Source: a bacterium | GTDB lineage: Bacteria; Thermosulfidibacterota; Thermosulfidibacteria; Thermosulfidibacterales; Thermosulfidibacteraceae | Assembly (NCBI GenBank): GCA_027022065.1 | Contig: JALVZS010000027.1 | Span: 1 to 14,075 of the forward strand | DNA: 14,075 bases | Direction: 5' to 3' | Shown: piece by piece, positions 8,626-14,075 of the stretch | Layout: each line of letters starts with the position of its first letter | How positions within the stretch are numbered: the stretch's first letter is position 1 | Program-made: the position numbers and the translations under genes | Notes under the pieces: generated by a model | Told to the model about the DNA's origin: nothing | Databases searched by the model: none | Seen by the model: only the letters and a program-made list of their open reading frames with translations

Positions 8626-9899
8626 TGAAAAGCAAAGAGCTTTTTGCAAAGGCAAAAAGGCTTCTCCCTGGTGGTGTTAATAGCCCTGTGAGGGCCTTTG
8701 GCTCCGTTGGGGGCGAGCCTTTCTTCGTTAGGGAGGGCAGGGGTTCCAAGATATACGATGTGGATGGAAACGAGTACATAGACTATGTGTGTTCTTGGGG
8801 GCCCCTTATTCTGGGGCATGCACACCCTGAGGTTGTGGATTTTGTTAGGGATGTGGTGGCAAAGGGCACATCTTTCGGAATACCAATAGAGCTTGAGGTG
8901 TCCATGGCAGAGGCTGTGGTGGAAGCTGTTCCCTCCATTGAGAAGGTGCGTTTCGTGAACTCAGGAACGGAAGCCACCATGAGCGCCATAAGACTTGCCA
9001 GGGGATATACCAAGAGGAATAAGGTGGTTAAGTTTGAGGGGTGCTACCACGGACATGTGGATTATCTCTTGGTTAAAGCGGGCTCTGGTGTGCTCACCTT
9101 TGGCATCCCTGGAACCCCTGGTGTGCCAGAGGACTTTGCAAAGCACACACTCATTGCCAGGTTTAACGATCTGGAAAGCGTTGAATCTCTGTTTGAAAAG
9201 TACGGGGAAGATATAGCCTGTGTGATTGTTGAGCCTGTTATGGGAAACGCTGGGGTTATACTGCCGGAAAAAGGATTTCTGGAGGGGCTGAGAAGGATCA
9301 CAGAAAAATATGGAGCCCTTCTGATATTTGATGAGGTCATAACGGGGTTTAGAGTTTCCCTTGGAGGGGCGCAGGAGCGCTTTGGTATAAAGCCTGATTT
9401 GACCTGCCTTGGAAAGATAATAGGTGGAGGCTTTCCCGTTGGTGCATACGGCGGAAGGACGGACATAATGGCACATGTGGCTCCAGAGGGACCTGTGTAT
9501 CAGGCGGGAACCCTATCGGGCAACCCTGTAGCCATGGCAGCTGGCCTGAAGACCTTGGAGATACTGAAGAGGGAGAATGTGTATCCCGTGCTTGAGAAGA
9601 GGATGGAGAGATTTGGTAGGGAGGCAAAGGCCATATTTGATGAAGCGGGGATTCCCGTTACCGTAAACAGTATAGCGTCAATGGGTTGTATCTTCTTCAC
9701 AGAGGGTCCTGTTAAGAGCTTTGATGATGCTGCAAAGAGCGATACAAAGATGTACGCCAGATTCTTCTGGGCTATGCTGAAGAGGGGCATTTATTTTGCT
9801 CCCAGCCAGTTTGAGGCGGCCTTTATCTCATGGGCCCATACGGATGATGACATAGATAGGACGCTGGAGGCCATGAGAGAGGCTGTAAAGGAGATTTGA
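8622..9899 (+). CDS. hemL: Glutamate-1-semialdehyde 2,1-aminomutase
   Basis: N-terminus [26 protein letters not shown]. Class-III aminotransferase body. The PLP-Lys region is [16 protein letters not shown] 8622/8625 is preferred over the upstream TTG 8607 given in the track. Confidence 0.9.
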   Translation: MMKSKELFAKAKRLLPGGVNSPVRAFGSVGGEPFFVREGRGSKIYDVDGNEYIDYVCSWGPLILGHAHPEVVDFVRDVVAKGTSFGIPIELEVSMAEAVVEAVPSIEKVRFVNSGTEATMSAIRLARGYTKRNKVVKFEGCYHGHVDYLLVKAGSGVLTFGIPGTPGVPEDFAKHTLIARFNDLESVESLFEKYGEDIACVIVEPVMGNAGVILPEKGFLEGLRRITEKYGALLIFDEVITGFRVSLGGAQERFGIKPDLTCLGKIIGGGFPVGAYGGRTDIMAHVAPEGPVYQAGTLSGNPVAMAAGLKTLEILKRENVYPVLEKRMERFGREAKAIFDEAGIPVTVNSIASMGCIFFTEGPVKSFDDAAKSDTKMYARFFWAMLKRGIYFAPSQFEAAFISWAHTDDDIDRTLEAMREAVKEI

Positions 9900-9911
9900 A
9901 AGGGGGATACT

Positions 9912-10688
9912 ATGAGTGCAGCAACATACCTCACAAGCCAGATAGGCTTTGTATTAATTTTCTTTGCCGTTTTGTTTTTGGCTTCTGCTGTCAGGATACT
10001 GAGGGAGTATGAAAGGGGCGTTGTCTTCAGATTGGGAAGGTATAGTGCGACAAAGGGACCAGGGCTCGTTATCATAATTCCTATAATAGACAAGCTGGTT
10101 AAGGTGAGTTTGAGGACTGTCGTTATGGATGTGCCTCCTCAGGATGTTATAACCAAGGACAATGTTTCTATAAAGGTCAATGCGGTTGTTTACTTCAGGG
10201 TGGTTTCTCCTGAGAAGGCGGTTATTGAGGTGGAGGATTATCTATATGCCACAAGCCAGCTTGCCCAAACCACGCTAAGAAGCGTTTTGGGAGAGGTGGA
10301 GCTTGATGAGATACTCTCTCACAGGGAGAAGATAAACTCAAGGCTTCAGACGATACTGGATGAACACACCGATCCCTGGGGCATAAAGGTTACCACGGTG
10401 GAGATAAAGCATGTGGATCTTCCTGCTGACATGCAGAGGGCCATGGCCAAGCAAGCAGAGGCGGAAAGGGAGAGAAGGGCCAAGATCATAGCTGCGGAGG
10501 GAGAATACCAGGCAGCCCAGAAGCTCAGAGAGGCTGCCGATATAATCTCGCAGAGTCCTGTTGCCATACAGCTCAGGTATCTTCAAACCCTTGTGGAGAT
10601 AAGCGCTGAAAACACCTCAACTGTAATATTTCCCATACCTATAGAGATCTTCAAAGCCATCCAGGGTAGGCAGGACATTAAAACCTAG
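9912..10688 (+). CDS. SPFH/band-7 (stomatin-like) membrane protein
   Basis: An N-terminal TM helix, then the SPFH core [18 protein letters not shown]...[19 protein letters not shown], and a C-terminal coiled-coil with an Ala/Glu-rich region ([20 protein letters not shown]). An AAAGGGGGA RBS lies upstream. Confidence 0.85.
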   Translation: MSAATYLTSQIGFVLIFFAVLFLASAVRILREYERGVVFRLGRYSATKGPGLVIIIPIIDKLVKVSLRTVVMDVPPQDVITKDNVSIKVNAVVYFRVVSPEKAVIEVEDYLYATSQLAQTTLRSVLGEVELDEILSHREKINSRLQTILDEHTDPWGIKVTTVEIKHVDLPADMQRAMAKQAEAERERRAKIIAAEGEYQAAQKLREAADIISQSPVAIQLRYLQTLVEISAENTSTVIFPIPIEIFKAIQGRQDIKT

Positions 10689-10690
10689 TT

Positions 10691-10699
10691 TGTTATAAT
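10691..10699 (+). promoter_or_regulatory. Extended -10 element (TGnTATAAT), candidate promoter for the atpZ-atpI-atpB-atpE unit
   Basis: TGTTATAAT at 10691-10699 is a perfect extended -10. It lies in the 65-nt gap after the SPFH stop and about 55 nt upstream of the atpZ-like ATG at 10754. The 18-mer it sits in (10690-10707, TTGTTATAATTGTATCAA) is 14/18 palindromic and resembles a Rex box. Confidence 0.35.
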
Positions 10700-10753
10700 T
10701 GTATCAAGCCTCAGTTGACTGGTAGCTTCTTGCCTGTTAAGTAAAGGGCGGGG

Positions 10754-11022
10754 ATGGAAATGAGATTGGATAAAGAAACAAGCAGGATTTTAAAAGATTT
10801 AGTGAGACTGAGCGCTGTGGGAATGGAGCTTGCCGTATCCATTGTTATAGGTTTAGGCATAGGCCTGTTCATTGATAAGAAGCTTCATTCCTCGCCCTGG
10901 GGGATGCTGGCTTTTTTATCCTCGGAATTGTAGCAGGGTTTAGGGTGGTATTTAAAGAGGTGAAAAGAGGAATAAAGAGAGAGGATGGTGGCGGAAGAGC
11001 TGATAAAACGGATGATCAATAA
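10754..11022 (+). pseudogene. atpZ: AtpZ/Atp1-like small membrane protein (ATPase_gene1 family), disrupted by a -1 frameshift in a T6 homopolymer at 10912-10917
   Basis: From ATG 10754, [54 protein letters not shown] runs into TAG at 10931. Adding one T to the run restores ...[32 protein letters not shown]...Q*, ending at 11022. That is the canonical atpZ pattern (charged N-terminus, TM1, DKxLxTSPW, TM2, basic tail). Confidence 0.55.
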
Positions 11023-11338
11023 AGGCGCTTTTCTGGTTTTTGCCTTCGCCTTTGTGGGGGCTTCCTTTGGGAGGTCTGATGTTTTTTTGGGGCTTACAGT
11101 GGGAAGCCTCATGGCTTATCTGGACTTTTTAGTTATATGCTTTCTCAGCAAAGACATACTTGAGCTTCGCTCAAGAGGGGTATTCTTTGGAATTCAGATG
11201 TTTAAGTATCTGGTGATGGCGATTGTGCTTGGGGTCCTTTTCTTTTACAAGGTTATAAATCCACTTGCCACCGTTATAGGGTTGAGCTTGATTACCATAA
11301 TCCCGTTTGTGGAGTTTTCAAACCTGAAGAACATATAG
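10985..11338 (+). CDS. atpI: ATP synthase protein I-like (AtpI) polytopic membrane protein
   Basis: 117 aa with four hydrophobic segments, in the canonical position between atpZ and atpB. The alternative start ATG 11012 (MINKGAF...) would give only an 11-nt overlap with the restored atpZ frame. Confidence 0.55.
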   Translation: MVAEELIKRMINKGAFLVFAFAFVGASFGRSDVFLGLTVGSLMAYLDFLVICFLSKDILELRSRGVFFGIQMFKYLVMAIVLGVLFFYKVINPLATVIGLSLITIIPFVEFSNLKNI

Positions 11339-11348
11339 GGAGGGCGGT

Positions 11349-12011
11349 ATGTACGAGCCTTTTGTGTTAAATCCTCTTCCCCATAAGTTTTTCCATGTGG
11401 TGCTTTCTATATATGTTTCCTTAATTCTAATCATTCTGGCGTATCTTGGGACCAGGAAGCTTTCTTTGGTGCCTTCAGGGCTTCAGAACTTCTGGGAAAT
11501 ATATGTTGAGGGCATGTATAAGTTCATGGACGATATTATCCCTGGGGATGTGAGGCCCCATGTACCGCTTATAGCAACCCTATTTATCTACATCCTCTTC
11601 TGCAACTGGATGGGAAATGTTCCGGGCTTCATCTCTCCCACGAGCAACTGGAACACCACCATAGCTCCGGCCATTGTGGTTTTCTTCTACTACCACTACT
11701 GGGGAATAAAGAAGCACGGACTTATCAAGTATCTTAGGCACCTTGGAGGGCCTGTGTGGTGGATGGCTCCCATGATGTTTGTTCTGGAAACTATAGGTCA
11801 CTTTGCCAGGGTACTTTCACTTTCCGTTCGTCTTTTTGGGAATATTATGGGAGAGGAAACTCTTGCTATTATTATGTTTTCTTTGGTACCTTTGCTAATT
11901 CCTGTTCCTCTTATGTTTTTATCTATATTTTTTGGTTTTATTCAGGCTCTTGTATTTACACTGCTTTCGGTTGTTTATATAGCTTTAGCTGTTGAAGAGG
12001 TGGAGCACTAA
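11349..12011 (+). CDS. atpB: F0F1 ATP synthase subunit a
   Basis: A GGGAGGG RBS lies upstream. The conserved stator Arg is in [15 protein letters not shown]. The protein is polytopic and 220 aa. Confidence 0.85.
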   Translation: MYEPFVLNPLPHKFFHVVLSIYVSLILIILAYLGTRKLSLVPSGLQNFWEIYVEGMYKFMDDIIPGDVRPHVPLIATLFIYILFCNWMGNVPGFISPTSNWNTTIAPAIVVFFYYHYWGIKKHGLIKYLRHLGGPVWWMAPMMFVLETIGHFARVLSLSVRLFGNIMGEETLAIIMFSLVPLLIPVPLMFLSIFFGFIQALVFTLLSVVYIALAVEEVEH

Positions 12012-12034
12012 TAACTTTAAAGGAGGGTGAAGGA

Positions 12035-12400
12035 ATGCTGAAGAGAGTGGTTAGGACAGGACTTATGACACTGGGAGTCGCTTTATTTGCCGTGCCCGCT
12101 TTTGCTGCTGGTGATGCAGAGTTGAAGATAGCGGCTCTCAACATGCTTAAGTATGCTGCCATTGCAGTGGGATGGGGTCTTGGAATCGCTGCTGGTCTAT
12201 GTGGCCTTGGTCAGGGATTAAGTGTTAAGGGTGCTATGGAAGGAATTGCCAGGAACCCTGAGGCTTCTGGTAAAATCCAGGTGTCCATGATTATTGGTCT
12301 TGCCATGATTGAGGCATTGACCATTTACATGTTAGTTGTTGCTTTGATCGTGCTGTTTGCCGATCCTTTCAAAGCGGTTGCTTTGGTTGCTGGGCACTAA
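12035..12400 (+). CDS. atpE: F0F1 ATP synthase subunit c with an N-terminal signal-peptide-like extension
   Basis: AAAGGAGGG RBS. The C-terminal about 80 aa is a canonical c-subunit hairpin with the proton-binding Glu in [11 protein letters not shown]. The N-terminal about 25 aa extension ([26 protein letters not shown]) resembles a cleavable signal peptide. Confidence 0.85.
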   Translation: MLKRVVRTGLMTLGVALFAVPAFAAGDAELKIAALNMLKYAAIAVGWGLGIAAGLCGLGQGLSVKGAMEGIARNPEASGKIQVSMIIGLAMIEALTIYMLVVALIVLFADPFKAVALVAGH

Positions 12401-12418
12401 GTCTTTTTGCTAAAATAG

Positions 12419-12450
12419 CGGGAAGGGAAGTGTTCCCTTCCCGTTTTTTT
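12419..12450 (+). terminator. Rho-independent terminator after atpE
   Basis: A perfect 11-bp stem: CGGGAAGGGAA at 12419-12429, loop GTG, TTCCCTTCCCG at 12433-12443, followed by T7 at 12444-12450. Confidence 0.8.
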
Positions 12451-12460
12451 CTCCCTTTTA

Positions 12461-12478
12461 TTGTGAATGTACACACAA
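12461..12478 (+). promoter_or_regulatory. Rex operator-like palindrome upstream of rex (putative autoregulation site)
   Basis: TTGTGAATGTACACACAA. Read on the minus strand it is TTGTGTGTACATTCACAA, about 16/18 to the Rex consensus TTGTGAAnnnnTTCACAA. It lies between the atpE terminator and the rex RBS, 24 nt before the ATG at 12502. Confidence 0.45.
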
Positions 12479-12501
12479 TAAGTAAAGAGGGGTGTTGAGA
12501 G

Positions 12502-13143
12502 ATGAGAAAGTTTAAGGTGCCGGAGGTTACCATTTTCAGACTCTCCCTTTATCTTAGGTGTCTTTCTGAGCTTGAAGAAGAGGGGGTTGAGGTTATATCT
12601 TCTGCGGAGCTTGGACAGCGGTGTGGGATAAACCCTGCTCAGATAAGGAAAGATCTTGCCTATTTTGGAGAGTTTGGCACAAGGGGTGTGGGTTACTATG
12701 TAAAGGATCTTAAGGAGGACATAAAGCGCATAATGGGCCTTGACAAGGAGTGGGAAGTGGCCCTTGTAGGTGTGGGGAACCTTGGAAGGGCCCTTCTTTC
12801 CTATCAAGGGTTCAAAAGGCACGGGTTCAAGATAAGCGTTGCCTTTGACAAGGTGGTGGACGAGGAAAGGCTCTCTGCTATGCCGGAGGGGTGCACCCTC
12901 TATCATGCGGATAAAATGGTGGAGGTTATAAGGGAGAGGAAGATAAAGCTTGCCATAATAGCGGTGCACTTTTCCGAAGCCCAGAAGGTTGCCGATGTGC
13001 TTGTGGAGGCGGGGATAAAGGGAATCCTCAACTTTGCTCCGGTCAGGCTCAACGTTCCCAAGGATGTGGTGGTTAGGCACATAGACCTGGGAGTGGAGCT
13101 AGAGATGCTTACCTTCTTCCTCTCTGCCCGTATTGGTAAGTGA
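12502..13143 (+). CDS. rex: Redox-sensing transcriptional repressor Rex
   Basis: The N-terminal winged helix ([16 protein letters not shown]...[28 protein letters not shown]) and the Rossmann NADH-binding motif [14 protein letters not shown] are both present. Length 213 aa. Confidence 0.85.
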   Translation: MRKFKVPEVTIFRLSLYLRCLSELEEEGVEVISSAELGQRCGINPAQIRKDLAYFGEFGTRGVGYYVKDLKEDIKRIMGLDKEWEVALVGVGNLGRALLSYQGFKRHGFKISVAFDKVVDEERLSAMPEGCTLYHADKMVEVIRERKIKLAIIAVHFSEAQKVADVLVEAGIKGILNFAPVRLNVPKDVVVRHIDLGVELEMLTFFLSARIGK

Positions 13144-13182
13144 TTTTGCAAATCTTTCCCTTTTCTGCTAAGTCATGATTCC

Positions 13183-13491
13183 ATGAAAAAGGTGGTGATT
13201 GTAACCAGTCCCTTTAAGCTTGATGATTTGAAGGATGTATTAGGAGAAGTGGGAGTAAGAGGTATAACTATCACGGAGGTAAAGGTGCCCTCCGAAGAGG
13301 CTAGAGTCATAGGGCTTGACTTTGCCTCAAAGATAGCGCTTGAAACGGTGATCATGGACGATATGGAGGAGGATGTGGTAGAGGCTGTCCTCTCCATATC
13401 TCAGGATGCTGACGGGATGATCTACATTATTCCCGTTGAGGATGCGGTGCGTATAAGAACGGGAGACACTGGCAAGGAGGCCCTGGTTTGA
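13183..13491 (+). CDS. P-II (GlnB/GlnK) family-like protein with a truncated T-loop
   Basis: [35 protein letters not shown] aligns with the canonical P-II N-terminus. The C-terminal [12 protein letters not shown] is conserved. The roughly 19-residue T-loop (GFGRQKGHTELYRGAEY) is replaced by a short PSEEARVIG, and the B-loop GDGKIF is replaced by ADGMIY. Its stop overlaps the rpiB TTG start (TTGA). Confidence 0.7.
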   Translation: MKKVVIVTSPFKLDDLKDVLGEVGVRGITITEVKVPSEEARVIGLDFASKIALETVIMDDMEEDVVEAVLSISQDADGMIYIIPVEDAVRIRTGDTGKEALV

Positions 13492-13970
13492 GGATAGCTC
13501 TGGCCTGCGATCATGGGGGTTTCAGGCTTAAAGAATCCGTAAAAGAATTTCTTATGTCCCAAGGGTTGGAGGTTCTGGATTTTGGTACATTCTCCGAGGA
13601 TTCCGTGGACTATCCCGATTTCGCAATAAAGGCCATTAAGGCCCTGTTGAGGGGGGAGGTGGATAGGGCCATACTTATGTGTGGGACAGGCATAGGTATG
13701 AGCATTGTGGCAAACAGGTTTCCGGGGATCAGGGCGGCTTTGTGCCATGATGTTTACACTGCGAGAATGAGCAGGCTGCACAACGATGCCAATGTGCTTG
13801 TTATGGGAGGTAGGGTGCTTTCTCCTGAGGTGGCGCAGGAGATGGTGAAGGTTTGGCTTACCGAGCCCTTTGAGGGGGGAAGGCACGAGAGGAGATTGAG
13901 GAAGATAGAGGACATAGAGAGAATGATAAAGGAGGAGGTTTATGAGGCCTCAAAAGGTGTGGGAGATTGA
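13488..13970 (+). CDS. rpiB: Ribose-5-phosphate isomerase B (RpiB/LacAB family)
   Basis: [16 protein letters not shown]...[28 protein letters not shown] start with an AAGGAGG RBS at 13474-13480. The 3' end overlaps the glyA start by 29 nt. Confidence 0.85.
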   Translation: MRIALACDHGGFRLKESVKEFLMSQGLEVLDFGTFSEDSVDYPDFAIKAIKALLRGEVDRAILMCGTGIGMSIVANRFPGIRAALCHDVYTARMSRLHNDANVLVMGGRVLSPEVAQEMVKVWLTEPFEGGRHERRLRKIEDIERMIKEEVYEASKGVGD

Positions 13971-14075
13971 TCCTGATATAGCTAAGGCTATACTGGGGGA
14001 GCTGGAGAGACAAGAGTACACCCTTGAGATGATAGCCAGTGAGAACTTTGCGAGCCCTGCTGTTATGCAGGTGCA
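13942..14075 (+). CDS. glyA: Serine hydroxymethyltransferase, N-terminal 44 codons (3' end beyond the window)
   Basis: AAAGGAGGAGG RBS, then [55 protein letters not shown] is the SHMT N-terminal signature. Confidence 0.8.
   Translation, partial: MRPQKVWEIDPDIAKAILGELERQEYTLEMIASENFASPAVMQV

Noticed and set aside
11756-11995. 79-aa plus-strand ORF in an alternate frame inside atpB. ORFs at 4874-5062 and 8995-9216 sit in alternate frames inside selD and hemL in the same way
   Set aside because: These are out-of-frame overlaps with conserved, motif-bearing genes. The translations are Cys/Ser/Phe-rich nonsense. They have no independent start context.
12397-13080. 227-aa minus-strand ORF antisense to rex
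   Set aside because: It is entirely embedded in the well-supported rex reading frame on the opposite strand. Its composition is low-complexity and Lys/Leu-rich, typical of antisense frames of AGG/AAG-rich genes. It has no RBS and no recognisable domain.
1-14075. Screen for CRISPR repeats, tRNA/rRNA, transposase/integrase genes and long direct or inverted repeats
   Set aside because: No periodic repeat-spacer structure, no tRNA-like cloverleaf candidates in the short intergenic gaps, and no transposase or integrase-like ORFs were seen. The window looks like core chromosome.

Overview
This 14 kb window is gene-dense and almost entirely plus-strand coding. Codon usage (AGG/AGA Arg, AAG, GAG) and the protein families present fit a thermophilic Aquificae-type chromosome such as Aquifex, Hydrogenobacter or Thermocrinis; this is inference from composition only. 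The order is as follows. First comes a partial minus-strand helical-repeat (TPR-like) protein, then a secreted M23 peptidase. Next is a long, translationally coupled operon: DUF3343 small Cys protein -> cysteine-desulfurase-family PLP enzyme -> YedF (TusA-like + DsrE-like) -> SelD -> archaeal-type NMN adenylyltransferase -> CinA -> ThpR/LigT 2H phosphoesterase -> 60-aa charged ORF -> dGTPase-like HD hydrolase -> HemL. After it come an SPFH/stomatin protein, a partial F0 ATP-synthase operon (atpZ-like, atpI-like, atpB, atpE) with a strong intrinsic terminator, then rex, a T-loop-shortened P-II-like protein, rpiB, and the 5' end of glyA. The most notable feature is the selenium module: SelD is itself a selenoprotein. 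Its reading frame runs through an in-frame TGA at 4144-4146 inside the conserved SGxGxK motif, and a GC-rich SECIS-like hairpin sits about 13 nt downstream. The ORF track misses the true ATG at 4102 for that reason. Three putative Se/S-relay proteins lie immediately upstream of it. Secondary observations are a -1 frameshift in a T6 run that disrupts an otherwise canonical atpZ, a Rex-operator-like palindrome just upstream of rex, and a P-II paralog with a truncated T-loop coupled to rpiB. No rRNA, tRNA, CRISPR or obvious mobile elements were seen. All minus-strand ORFs in the track other than the first gene are antisense artefacts inside plus-strand genes.
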